Shown in pieces: positions 20,137-29,958 of a stretch of 64,000 nucleotides of DNA. Position numbers and translations under genes: made by a program. Under the pieces are notes generated by a model. The model made no database searches, was not told the DNA's origin, and was given only the letters and a program-made list of their open reading frames with translations. Each line of letters opens with the position of its first letter. The stretch's first letter is position 1. The DNA comes from a virus. The stretch covers positions 1 through 64,000 of the IMG/VR virus record IMGVR_UViG_3300047496_000172, one strand, 5' to 3'.

Positions 20137-20211
20137 GGAGCCTTCGTATATCAGCGAATACATCTGACCTTCACTCAGAAAAGGCCGGGGCAGCACCGGT
20201 AGGCTCTTCCA
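20137..20211 (+). tRNA. Atypical tRNA-Glu(UUC)
   Basis: GGAGCCT/AGGCTCT acceptor, TCTGA-CC TTC AC-TCAGA, non-canonical T-loop GGCAGCA, CCA. Confidence 0.75.
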
Positions 20212-20213
20212 AT

Positions 20214-20288
20214 GCTCCCTTCGTCTAATGGTAGGACAACAGATTCTCAGTCTGAAAACATTTCGGTTCGATTCCGATAATACTCTTC
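20214..20288 (+). pseudogene. tRNA-Glu(CUC)-like gene with a non-pairing acceptor 3' strand
   Basis: D-arm, anticodon loop TT CTC AG and T-arm are present. The 3' strand AATACTC cannot pair with 5' GCTCCCT, and there is no CCA. Confidence 0.65.
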
Positions 20289-20546
20289 CTAACACCACCT
20301 CATCTTAAAGTGAATGGCATCTTCAACATGAGTGAAGCAATAAACCGTATATAATGAAATGATATACCAACTCCATCCTCTATCGATTGTTGGGACCGGG
20401 ACGTCAATCGGCCAAAAATCTTCTCCTATATTTTCTCTGCACCATAATTTTTCTTGATGTTGAAAAACTGTATTTTCGTTTTTTATTTTAACTATATTTG
20501 GAGCAATTTGGTGTAAAAAATCAATATTCATACTCATCCGTGCCAT
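20289..20546 (-). CDS. FKMRW-family small protein
   Basis: WCRENIG.DFWP ... FTHVEDAIHFKMRWC. Confidence 0.8.
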   Translation of the reverse strand: MARMSMNIDFLHQIAPNIVKIKNENTVFQHQEKLWCRENIGEDFWPIDVPVPTIDRGWSWYIISLYTVYCFTHVEDAIHFKMRWC

Positions 20547-20935
20547 CGCAGTTTAAATAAAATTGCCGATTTGATGTCTACAAAATAAAAAATTATTTTT
20601 TCATTGGCAAAAATAAAAGTCCATTTTCCTTCAAGTTTATCTGCATATATCGGCAACGATACCTTTTCATTTGGCCAGAAATCTCTTCCAATCTTATAGG
20701 TTTTACACCATTTTTTGAAAAAAGGTTCAACGCCACCCTTTCCATTAGGAATAGTTTTAATATTTTGATCATTTTCAGAGAACACGATTTCATGCAAATC
20801 ATATTTTTCCTTCAATATATCAATATGTTTAAATATTAAACCAGTTTTGTCGTTATCATAGTATCCAGTGGCTGATTTGTTCGCGCAGATTTTGTTGTAA
20901 TTTTTGAAACTCCTCGGCATCTCTAGCAGGATCAA
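20534..20935 (-). CDS. FKLRW-family small protein
   Basis: WC...IGRDFWP ... SAILFKLRWHG. Confidence 0.8.
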   Translation of the reverse strand: MILLEMPRSFKNYNKICANKSATGYYDNDKTGLIFKHIDILKEKYDLHEIVFSENDQNIKTIPNGKGGVEPFFKKWCKTYKIGRDFWPNEKVSLPIYADKLEGKWTFIFANEKIIFYFVDIKSAILFKLRWHG

Positions 20936-21267
20936 TCTTCATCAACTTTATGCCTGAAATTATCAAATAACTTAGCGAGGGTTAGCTGTCGTTCGAATTC
21001 GGCATAAAAACCAGGAACTAACTGTTCAATATTATTAATCGGAATTTCCTTGTACGCACCATTTTTACGAGGCGAACATTTTTCATTTGCTTTTCGTTGC
21101 AAATCGTGAGCAGTAGAATAGTTTAATTCATGTTTTTGGAAGGCAAATTTCTTGCCTCTTCGCCCCCAAAAATTATAAAGTTGATTGTCCCCCATAGACA
21201 CATAGCCCCAAACCTTGTCGTGATTGGCTTCGGAACAATGTCCAAAAAATTCAATTTTGTATGCCAT
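20932..21267 (-). CDS. WGR-like domain protein
   Basis: HDKVWG ... FWGRRG ... K...Y pattern. Confidence 0.55.
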   Translation of the reverse strand: MAYKIEFFGHCSEANHDKVWGYVSMGDNQLYNFWGRRGKKFAFQKHELNYSTAHDLQRKANEKCSPRKNGAYKEIPINNIEQLVPGFYAEFERQLTLAKLFDNFRHKVDED

Positions 21268-21365
21268 CTTCTTTCCCTATGATGGAATAAACTCTATCGA
21301 TCAACTTTTCGATTGTCAACCAAAAATAGGAATGATATATCCACACGTTAAAATGAGATGGTCTA

Positions 21366-21653
21366 ATGTTTAGCGTGAATCCACAGATAATAGCAGATTT
21401 ACAGAAAGTTGCGGCCTATGGGGTTGTGATAAAAAAATCTGAAAATTCTGTATTCATATATGACAAATGTCGATTATGGTGTGAAGAAAATATAGGAGAA
21501 AAAGATTTCTGGCCATCGAGTAGCGAAGATATGACTGTTCCAGAAACAATATCTGGTAGAGCGTGGACTTGGTATTATAACCAAGAAGGTGCTATTACTT
21601 TTTATTTTACCAACGTGGAAGATGCTATCCACTTCAAAATGAGATGGCTATAA
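21366..21653 (+). CDS. FKMRW-family small protein
   Basis: WCEENIG..DFWP ... FYFTNVEDAIHFKMRWL. Confidence 0.8.
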   Translation: MFSVNPQIIADLQKVAAYGVVIKKSENSVFIYDKCRLWCEENIGEKDFWPSSSEDMTVPETISGRAWTWYYNQEGAITFYFTNVEDAIHFKMRWL

Positions 21654-21935
21654 ATGAGTGAAGAACTTACACATAATAATTTGCAAAAAATTGCTCCTTT
21701 TGTAATTAACGCCCATATATTCTTCAGCGTAAACAATCCACATTTTTATCGTGATTGTCAAACATGGTGCGAAGAAACCATAGGAAAAGACTTTTGGCCA
21801 GCAGGTAGCTCAAAAATACCAAAAAATTTATCTGGTAGAGCTTGGACTTGGTATAACCATCCCAATTCCAATTCTATTGATTTCTATTTTACCAACGTTG
21901 AAGACGCTATCCACTTCAAAATGAGATGGTGTTAA
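21654..21935 (+). CDS. FKMRW-family small protein, tandem paralog
   Basis: FYFTNVEDAIHFKMRWC; 3' DNA nearly identical to the upstream copy. Confidence 0.8.
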   Translation: MSEELTHNNLQKIAPFVINAHIFFSVNNPHFYRDCQTWCEETIGKDFWPAGSSKIPKNLSGRAWTWYNHPNSNSIDFYFTNVEDAIHFKMRWC

Positions 21936-22609
21936 AACCCACTTTCCGCACTATCTGCGCATATATCACATTGATATCCTTGGCGGACATCCGCTGGGGT
22001 TAACATATTTTCTCGACCACATGTTGGACAAGGACAATTACGAGGATTCATATTGCTCGCAGCACGTAAGGCACTTCGGCCGCCGGGATCAGCAAAATCT
22101 ATATCTTCTGGATCGTCAGGAAATTCTTCATCATCAAAATACCCATCGTCATCGTAATTATCAAAATACCCTTCATCAACTACTTCTTCATCGACAACAT
22201 GCTCATGTTTTCCACAAACATAATCAACAACATTGCCGCCTTCAAAATCCGTTCCACTATGAAGATCAAAATTTATGGAGTAATATGGGTCCTCTGGTTC
22301 CCCGTTTTGATCCCTTTTAATGTCTTGAACATGATATGGAAGAATACTTTCTCTCCATTTATCCGCTTCTAAAAGTTCATCTGGTTCTAACCCAGAAGAA
22401 TCACCGTTTACAAGATAGCTCGCCCAATAAGCAGGGCCAGTAAAAACAGCAAAATCAGGTTCGTCTGATGATTCAACTAAAGTTTGAGTTTTACCCCAAC
22501 TTTTAAAAGAAGAAAATACATCAACATTTTCTTTTAATGTTTTCGTAGGAACTTTTTTATAATCAAGCAGATTTATAATCTTACGCATATCAGTCATGGG
22601 AATCTCCAA
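21932..22609 (-). CDS. Acidic late protein with a C-terminal zinc ribbon (putative internal virion protein)
   Basis: TAAATA upstream, MRKIINLL start, CPTC...CDIC. Confidence 0.55.
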   Translation of the reverse strand: MEIPMTDMRKIINLLDYKKVPTKTLKENVDVFSSFKSWGKTQTLVESSDEPDFAVFTGPAYWASYLVNGDSSGLEPDELLEADKWRESILPYHVQDIKRDQNGEPEDPYYSINFDLHSGTDFEGGNVVDYVCGKHEHVVDEEVVDEGYFDNYDDDGYFDDEEFPDDPEDIDFADPGGRSALRAASNMNPRNCPCPTCGRENMLTPADVRQGYQCDICADSAESGF

Positions 22610-22724
22610 TTATCCCATGTATTTATTACAAAGCTAAGTTTCACTCAAAATTAGCGATTACACTTTCCATGTATAGATGAGTAACCAAATTTTCCTGGAA
22701 TGGTTACACTTTCACGTGTTCGTT

Positions 22725-22943
22725 TCATTGTTCGTCATACTTATAAAGTTTAACGGCATATTCAACACCATCTGGGTGTTTAATCATACCTTTCTTAACG
22801 TCACAATTGACATATTGAATGCCTACTCGTTCCATCCATATGCTAAGACTTTCGTCTTGTTCGTCCAGGCCTTCAAACCAATCAAGAAAAGCTTTCGCTT
22901 GCTCTTGAGTTTCAAAACCCGAAAAAATAGCTTTGAACGACAT
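22725..22943 (-). CDS. Hypothetical protein
   Basis: ATG with SD AGGAG. Confidence 0.6.
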   Translation of the reverse strand: MSFKAIFSGFETQEQAKAFLDWFEGLDEQDESLSIWMERVGIQYVNCDVKKGMIKHPDGVEYAVKLYKYDEQ

Positions 22944-23022
22944 TTCTCGTCTCCTAAATTTCTTCTGAGCTTAAATCAAGACATTCTTGACAAACTCGAT
23001 CATATTTCAATTATATTATTTG

Positions 23023-24108
23023 TCAAGAACCAAAACCCATCATTTTCAAAAATGCTTCTAATCCTGGAACCTTACTGAACATAGACCTAATATGTGGCTG
23101 TTTCAACATTTCCTTGAAGTATTCCTTATTCCCAATAAGATATTTAATAGATTCTCCGGTATCTTCGTAATTAAATTTCATTCCACCGTCAGGCATAATA
23201 TCTGGCTTATGACCACCAAAAACAGAATCAGGAATAGTTGCTATAATGGCTTTAATAAAAAGACCGGCCCCCGGAAGTTTATGCGGAGCAATCATGCCAC
23301 ATTTTTTAGATATCGCAGCCAGCGCCGCCGAAACTGCTCCCCAAATGGGACCACCTTCTGCTTGAAGTTCAGCAAAGCCTTTCAGAACCGATCTAAAATC
23401 ACCAGCCGTAGCTACCAACTTTTTCATTCCCGATGCTTGAACCCGGACAGCGACGAAACCTTTTTCATCCCCATAGAACGTCCAATCTCTGGCGCGAGAC
23501 ATAAGCTTATCGTAACCCCAACTTGACCCCGTTTCCTTTTCATAACTCGTCTTGAAAATGTGATAGAAAGATTGAAGGTCATGCACGTCCCGAATGTGAT
23601 AGGATTCATCTAACTTTTTCTCATCAATAGATGCTGACCAATTCTTTTTTATCGGAGAAAATTTTTCTGGACCAAGTTTAATATTACCTTCATACGGTTC
23701 TATATCAGACAACTTCAAATCTTTTGGAAGTCCATCATAAGAAATAGTTATATGAGCCGACAATTTTGAGTAATCGCTAGTAGCACCAAATTTATCTATG
23801 AATTCATGCCAACGATCATCCAATTCTTTACTCTCAAAAGTTAGAACTACGGCATCTTTATCGTCACCAAATAATTTTATGGTCCGTTTTCCCCCTTTGA
23901 TGATAAGTTTTTCTTTATTTTCTTCTATTTCATTCCAATCTATTTTAGTTTTAGAATAAACAATCGTTACATGCATATCATCAGAGACACAAGATGTAAA
24001 ACCTTGTTCCTTTGCCCATTTCACAATATCTTTACCATTCAAAATATCACGCTTACAATAAAGCGTTTCCATTTTGATTGTTTCTTCAAATAATTCAATA
24101 ATTTTCAT
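23023..24108 (-). CDS. Acb1/T4 gp57B-like 2H phosphoesterase fused to a second unknown domain
   Basis: HVTIVYS and HITISY (two HxT motifs); a second domain follows KKLDES. Confidence 0.75.
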   Translation of the reverse strand: MKIIELFEETIKMETLYCKRDILNGKDIVKWAKEQGFTSCVSDDMHVTIVYSKTKIDWNEIEENKEKLIIKGGKRTIKLFGDDKDAVVLTFESKELDDRWHEFIDKFGATSDYSKLSAHITISYDGLPKDLKLSDIEPYEGNIKLGPEKFSPIKKNWSASIDEKKLDESYHIRDVHDLQSFYHIFKTSYEKETGSSWGYDKLMSRARDWTFYGDEKGFVAVRVQASGMKKLVATAGDFRSVLKGFAELQAEGGPIWGAVSAALAAISKKCGMIAPHKLPGAGLFIKAIIATIPDSVFGGHKPDIMPDGGMKFNYEDTGESIKYLIGNKEYFKEMLKQPHIRSMFSKVPGLEAFLKMMGFGS

Positions 24109-25678
24109 AACTCTTTCTAATCACGTGCTTTATATCTGCAACGAGATATTCTTTATCGCGAGTTGATAACTTTTCGTATATATTTAGTTCATCTTCTAAT
24201 TTATAGTCTAAATATCCATTGAATGATAATCCGCTGTTAACTGCTAACCATCCAACAAATCTCTTCCAAACATCGTCACCATAAAATTTAGGACGATACC
24301 AAGTTTCGCTACCATCTTGGCGAACCCAAAGCTGCTCTGCGTTTGATAACGATTCTAGAAAATAAGTCAAAGTATCTCTGGAACAACCACGATTATAAAA
24401 ATCATATACTTCATTATTGTTACCATAAGAAATCACTTGATCATTTATTTCTAATCTAACTGAAACGTTAAAGTAAGTCTTATAAATATTATAGTATACT
24501 ATAGACGTTACTTTTATACCATCCACATTTTTTTCATATAAACCTCTAATTCTCATAGAGGCATACTTTTTATCGTCTCTATATAACTCATTAGAGACAT
24601 CAGTATTCCATTTTACTGTTGCGTTAGGTTCAAAAAATCTATCTTCTCCTAATTTAATTGCTTGATCTTGGGATATTATAGGCTCAAACAACAAATCAGA
24701 TTTTAGAGCAACAACGTTTTCTATACGATTTTCGATATATTCTATTAAATGTTCAATAGACATCTCACGCATCATTTTAGATGGAATACCAAAACTATCA
24801 GTTGACCTACCATAAATAAAATCGACATGTAATCCGGAATCCCATTTGTCATTGTACTCCATTCGAAATTTTTTATCATCGATTTCGAATAACAAAATAG
24901 GGCGTTTCTTATCCCATTTGATATAACCTTTATATTGTTCAGCAAGTAGTTTCATGATGTTGAGTACAGCGACTTTCCACTCTTCCCAATTTGACTGATC
25001 CGCAAACGACGATACCTCCTTTCGCTTTGTATGGACATTACTATCAACAATCTTGATAATTTTAGTATTCAATACCAATATTTGATGAGGTTCATAGTTA
25101 TAGATAACGGAATTATTATCATCGTAAATATATGCTATGTTTTTCAGAGATTGAGCCCATGACATGATTTTATTCTTTTGCATAAGATAACAAAAAGTCC
25201 AAAGAGCACTTGCTGGACTATCTGGCTTAAAATGTGCAGGAAATGTTAGTTCAGCCTTATAGTGATTACCCTTCAAATTTTCAGTTGGAAGAAACAATTC
25301 TCCATTATCATAACGATCAACTTGAGCCCAAATATCAGCCCAACCATTCATTTTAGATACGCGATTAAAATCATCCCAATTAAATGATGATAGAACTATA
25401 CCTGGACTACTGAAATCTATACTAACAATAAAATAGTAAGGAAATTTTACTCCAAACTGATTACCACTTTTTACGCGGTCGCTATCATTATGGAGAAGCC
25501 AATTTGTTGGATAAAAATATATCCCATGGGGATCATTGTGGTGCTTCTTGGGATTTATTCCAAGCTTAGGAATATGAGAAAAATGAATGAACTTACCGGG
25601 ATATTTTTTAAGAACTGGAATGATAGGACTTTTGTCATACCAATTCAATTCGGTCAAAATTTCCATAAATTCGCGCAT
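24095..25678 (-). CDS. Late protein of unknown function sharing a domain with 33622..34818
   Basis: F.HFS..KLGINP....PHGIYFYP matches FVSFT...KIGINP....PYGIFAYP; TAAATA upstream. Confidence 0.6.
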   Translation of the reverse strand: MREFMEILTELNWYDKSPIIPVLKKYPGKFIHFSHIPKLGINPKKHHNDPHGIYFYPTNWLLHNDSDRVKSGNQFGVKFPYYFIVSIDFSSPGIVLSSFNWDDFNRVSKMNGWADIWAQVDRYDNGELFLPTENLKGNHYKAELTFPAHFKPDSPASALWTFCYLMQKNKIMSWAQSLKNIAYIYDDNNSVIYNYEPHQILVLNTKIIKIVDSNVHTKRKEVSSFADQSNWEEWKVAVLNIMKLLAEQYKGYIKWDKKRPILLFEIDDKKFRMEYNDKWDSGLHVDFIYGRSTDSFGIPSKMMREMSIEHLIEYIENRIENVVALKSDLLFEPIISQDQAIKLGEDRFFEPNATVKWNTDVSNELYRDDKKYASMRIRGLYEKNVDGIKVTSIVYYNIYKTYFNVSVRLEINDQVISYGNNNEVYDFYNRGCSRDTLTYFLESLSNAEQLWVRQDGSETWYRPKFYGDDVWKRFVGWLAVNSGLSFNGYLDYKLEDELNIYEKLSTRDKEYLVADIKHVIRKSYENY

Positions 25679-26054
25679 TCGGGTATTTATCGATAAACTG
25701 TTAACCCAACAACTTTTTCAAAAATACATTTGTGTCTATGATAGAATCTTATCACACCCTCTGCCGAGTTTTCATAATAAAGTGGAATTCCAAATATAGT
25801 TCCAAAATATGTACCAATAAATACATTCATATTAGAAAAATTCATCTCGTGCGTATAGTAATATGGCGTATCATTAATATTAGATTGTTTTCTAAGTATA
25901 TTATAAACAAAAAAGGATATAGTTATATATTCAAAAAAATTATTCTCTGATATTTTGTTTTTAATAATATTTAATATCTCTTCTTCTTTCATGAAGATTT
26001 CTTTCGAAGTCAGTAGGATGGATTGAGATTGATGAACTCTCCTAACTACTTTTT

Positions 26055-26294
26055 TCATGACCATTTCATTTTGAAATAAATCATATCAGTAATACTATCG
26101 AATTCTACAAAATTGTTTTCATAAGAAGCGCGATATTCAGTCTTTAAAACATCTTCAATCAGCTTTTTACCTTCTATTGTAGAATTTTTGTTTATTTCTT
26201 TAACGAAATTTATCCAAAAGAATGAACAAGCATGAAGCGTTGTCGCTAATTTGAAACCTATACGTTCGTCATTCATATGGAATCTGTGCTCCAT
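26055..26294 (-). CDS. FKMKW-family small protein
   Basis: C-terminus FDSITDMIYFKMKWS. Confidence 0.7.
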   Translation of the reverse strand: MEHRFHMNDERIGFKLATTLHACSFFWINFVKEINKNSTIEGKKLIEDVLKTEYRASYENNFVEFDSITDMIYFKMKWS

Positions 26295-26730
26295 TCAAAT
26301 ATACGACCGGCTGGAAGTTGGTCGATTCTTCTTCGATAATTTGACTGATAATTTTCCACGAACCATTTGCTAACCCTGCGCCAATAAGAGGAAACGCAAT
26401 CGGGTCAGGAATGATCCGATTCATCTCTTTAACGGCAATACGGATAGCGTCATAGGCCACATAGACAATATTTGGGTTTCGACCATAATATTTTTGAGAA
26501 ATGACATTTAACAGCACTCTTCCATCGCAATCCACTGGAATTATTTGACCTAATTCAAGATGATTGCCTTGATCAACATAAATTTTATGGTATTCGTCAA
26601 AAACATGCGGCCACTTTTCTCTAATAATCTTGGCCAGACCGCTATTTTGAACGCCGCGTGAATTGCAACCTTGCACAAAATAATGTTCATTACATTCTAG
26701 CAAATCACCGGATTTATAAACGATTTTCAT
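26269..26730 (-). CDS. Macro domain protein (ADP-ribose processing)
   Basis: GDLL, GCN..G...GLA..I..KWP and FPLIGAGLANGSW. Confidence 0.88.
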   Translation of the reverse strand: MKIVYKSGDLLECNEHYFVQGCNSRGVQNSGLAKIIREKWPHVFDEYHKIYVDQGNHLELGQIIPVDCDGRVLLNVISQKYYGRNPNIVYVAYDAIRIAVKEMNRIIPDPIAFPLIGAGLANGSWKIISQIIEEESTNFQPVVYLNGAQIPYE

Positions 26731-27317
26731 AATCTTCGCATTTCATGATAATCATAAACATCCGTAGCATCCTCACCATATTGCATTTTAGCATAGATCA
26801 AATCTTCTTCCGACGAAAGAAGAAGAAATGTATAGACACTATTGACTCTAAAACCTAAAGAAGAAGTTTTCGGATTTATCCTTCTTACACCATGTCCAAT
26901 CTTACATTTTGTAGCTATACCTAACGGTTTTTCATGATGATTTTCAGCTATTAGAATATATTTGAACACATATCCGGATTTAACTGAATTTTTTATAAAA
27001 GAAATTTCGTCATTTCTATTCAATTTCCAGTAAGGTTCATTAAAAACCTTGTAAACAAATTCCTTAAAATATGTAAAATCAAACGCCGTATTAGGATATC
27101 GAACAACCTCATGAATTTCTATTTCGAGTATTTCAATAATTGGCCAATTCCCTTGAGATAATAAACTATATCTTTCAAGGGTAGGTAATGGATTTTTGGC
27201 AAACAATTGAGGACGTTTAGTAAATTTCGGATAAGGACCACTAGAACTCCAATTCCAATCATATCCTATGAAATCTTCCCCCGTTTGGGCATTACACACA
27301 CGAAAATATTTTGTCAT
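26727..27317 (-). CDS. Hypothetical protein with a divergent family-like C-terminus
   Basis: SEEDLIYAKMQY. Confidence 0.55.
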   Translation of the reverse strand: MTKYFRVCNAQTGEDFIGYDWNWSSSGPYPKFTKRPQLFAKNPLPTLERYSLLSQGNWPIIEILEIEIHEVVRYPNTAFDFTYFKEFVYKVFNEPYWKLNRNDEISFIKNSVKSGYVFKYILIAENHHEKPLGIATKCKIGHGVRRINPKTSSLGFRVNSVYTFLLLSSEEDLIYAKMQYGEDATDVYDYHEMRRL

Positions 27318-27357
27318 ACCTTTTTATATCGAACGGCATCCTATTTTGTCAAGTTCG

Positions 27358-28701
27358 TTAAAGGCGCAACCTCCAATAACCAGGGCCATAAACACCATCA
27401 AGTGCGAGCATCCATTCACTGCCCGTCCACTTAAGTTGCCGCCCACTTTGTAAGTTTACGACATATTGCGGCGGGCTACCAAAAGCCGAGAAACTAACAA
27501 CCCATCTTGATAGCGATACATTATACTGAATTATGTCTCCATATCTAGCTGATAATGTTCCCCAGGCAACACTATTTCCTATATCATGCACAAGTAAATA
27601 TCTTTGACCATCTACCGCCGCTGGTAAACTACCATCTCCTGGATAATTTAAAACTGGATTGATAATCGCGTTCACTGCTGGTAAAGTATTAGCTGGAAGC
27701 GTTGAAGGATCAATTTGCCATAATAAATTTAAAGCATTTGAAGGATCAATTTGAAACGTTCCCGTTACGCCTGGACCATTTATATCTGTCGTAGTCAGCA
27801 AAGTTAATTCACTTGACGATGGGCGCAATTCACCATATTGTTTTAAGAACGTACTCCATACATAGGCATTACCGGTAGGATCAGTTTGTCCTTCTTTTTG
27901 AATATATGTTATAACTCCGTTTGAAACTGATATGTGTTGTTCTTCTGGAGTAACAATAATTTGAACATAAGTATTCCCGGCATGAGAATCATAAATTAAT
28001 CCTGGAACGCGTGCAGTATCGTTTATGTTCGTAATGATTTGGTTAATTATTTTTTGTTGTTTTATTTTTGCTGGTGGAGAAAGCCAAATTGGAATACGTA
28101 AAGTTATCGTCATAACATCAATTTCATCAGACGTTCCTATTGGAATAGAACGAGAAGAATAATTTATATCTTCAACATAGGCTGTAGTTAAAGCCGACCA
28201 GTCAAGTGCATTTTGGCTATTTTGTATGTCAAAAGAAGGATATATTGCTGTAAGAATTTGTTCACTCAACTGATATTTTTGACTTAAATTTGAAGTCCAA
28301 ATATCAATTTGAATTTTCATTTCAAATGGTAAAGGCATAATCCGATCAACCGTATATCTACGACCATCGTTCTCAGTATAGATATTATTGACAATTTCTC
28401 GTTCCACCACTTGACGAGAATCTACATAGCTTCTGTTCTGCAATCTATCTGGAGTACCAGTTAAAGCAGTTTGCCAAACGGTAATCATTGGAACCGTCAA
28501 TAATGTATTTTCCGATTGATTTCGCATGATATTAGCTACAACTCTATTAGTAGTAGCCATTCGACATGGAACGAGCATTTCTACCGGAGGATTCCCTCCA
28601 CTACTACCGGTTTTATATTGAAAACCAGAAAATCCGCGTATTATCTGCTCAAGAAATCGTTCTTGCTGGCGATCATAAAAATAATCTATATGTTGTATCA
28701 T
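27358..28701 (-). CDS. Tail terminator/sheath stabilizer (T4 gp15-like) with a C-terminal extension
   Basis: YFYD.Q..RF..Q..R.FS, MP.PF.M....DIWT, EQI...F and IW.SPP pattern. Confidence 0.75.
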   Translation of the reverse strand: MIQHIDYFYDRQQERFLEQIIRGFSGFQYKTGSSGGNPPVEMLVPCRMATTNRVVANIMRNQSENTLLTVPMITVWQTALTGTPDRLQNRSYVDSRQVVEREIVNNIYTENDGRRYTVDRIMPLPFEMKIQIDIWTSNLSQKYQLSEQILTAIYPSFDIQNSQNALDWSALTTAYVEDINYSSRSIPIGTSDEIDVMTITLRIPIWLSPPAKIKQQKIINQIITNINDTARVPGLIYDSHAGNTYVQIIVTPEEQHISVSNGVITYIQKEGQTDPTGNAYVWSTFLKQYGELRPSSSELTLLTTTDINGPGVTGTFQIDPSNALNLLWQIDPSTLPANTLPAVNAIINPVLNYPGDGSLPAAVDGQRYLLVHDIGNSVAWGTLSARYGDIIQYNVSLSRWVVSFSAFGSPPQYVVNLQSGRQLKWTGSEWMLALDGVYGPGYWRLRL

Positions 28702-28759
28702 AGTGCTATTTATGTAAAAAAATATTGAAAGAAACGATCATCATCCGTCATAATAAATT

Positions 28760-29407
28760 ATGAAAAAAACTAAACCATTAGCCAACCGCGCCGCAAAGCG
28801 TATGAACAACAACTATACCGGAACGGTGTTAAAAGTATCACCAAATTATAACCAAAATAATTCGCCAAATAACGCCGTTGGTTCGTGTAGTAATAGTGGA
28901 TCACAATATGGCGGCAAAAACACAACAATATCTCCTAACAAAAAATATTTAGCTATGGTAGTACAAAGAGTACATGGTGGATGGGGCTATGTAAGAACAA
29001 ATACGCATTGTTTAGATGTAACATCAGAACCCATATTATACTTAGAAGAATACGGAAATGAACTTATTGAATTATGGAAACGAGTGGTTATAGATAACGC
29101 AATCCCGTGGGAAGATAGTGTTCGGTATGAAACTTTGCGAATTGTTAAATATTCTTCTAATATTGAAGATAAGACTTTAGAATTACTTGGTGATTTTGAT
29201 CAAGCAAATGAGATTATTAGGCGTTCTGCGGTGTCGAAACTCACTGCGATGGAATCTAAATTGTTAGGATTAGATTTTCACAAAACCAAACAAATAATGA
29301 TGTCTAATTCTGAGTTTGATATTAGTGCTAAACAAACATTAAATACTTTAAGTAAAACTTCTGCGCATTTGACATTAGAATTACAATTAAAAGACCTAAT
29401 TAACTAA
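28760..29407 (+). CDS. Hypothetical protein
   Basis: Long ORF convergent on 29404. Confidence 0.55.
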   Translation: MKKTKPLANRAAKRMNNNYTGTVLKVSPNYNQNNSPNNAVGSCSNSGSQYGGKNTTISPNKKYLAMVVQRVHGGWGYVRTNTHCLDVTSEPILYLEEYGNELIELWKRVVIDNAIPWEDSVRYETLRIVKYSSNIEDKTLELLGDFDQANEIIRRSAVSKLTAMESKLLGLDFHKTKQIMMSNSEFDISAKQTLNTLSKTSAHLTLELQLKDLIN

Positions 29408-29958
29408 ATTCTTTGAATAGTAAATAAACTATTTGTTTTTGATACAGTTGGTTGACCTTCTACAACTGTAAAAGGAATATTTCCTACATTTCTGTTTCGT
29501 TTCTGACGACATGCTTCGATATATTCTGATTTTGTCGCGGAACGAATAAATCGAGAATTATTGAAACGTTTATCGATATTCCGAGAAAAAATTGTATCAA
29601 TCCAAACCCCGCCGGATGCTGGAAACCACACCAAGGCCCCAGGCTTCATTTCTAGGCCGCCTCTATCTAAAGAGATATATCCATCATCCAAATACTCACG
29701 AATGGTTCCAGCCTCATCAGGAATATAAGAATCAATAATATTAGCGGCAATGAACGATTCCATCTTCTTATAATTTATTTCATCATTTCGTTGCTTTTTA
29801 AGTTTTTTTAAAGCTAACCGATACCATGGAAGAGGTACTTGAACGGTTTCTAAATAATCGTCAGATATAGAACCTATATTATCAACTAAAAGACGAATAT
29901 CTGGTTTTCTTGTGGCTTCATAAAGCAATAAATCTATTTGTGATCTCATATTAATCAA
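29404..29958 (-). CDS. Hypothetical late protein
   Basis: Overlaps the gp14-like stop; MRSQIDLLLYE start. Confidence 0.55.
   Translation of the reverse strand: MINMRSQIDLLLYEATRKPDIRLLVDNIGSISDDYLETVQVPLPWYRLALKKLKKQRNDEINYKKMESFIAANIIDSYIPDEAGTIREYLDDGYISLDRGGLEMKPGALVWFPASGGVWIDTIFSRNIDKRFNNSRFIRSATKSEYIEACRQKRNRNVGNIPFTVVEGQPTVSKTNSLFTIQRI

Noticed and set aside
20137-20211. Opal (UCA) suppressor tRNA serving the release-factor UGA
   Set aside because: The 5-bp stem centres UUC in a 7-nt loop. UCA appears only off-register, as in any tRNA-Glu with A37.
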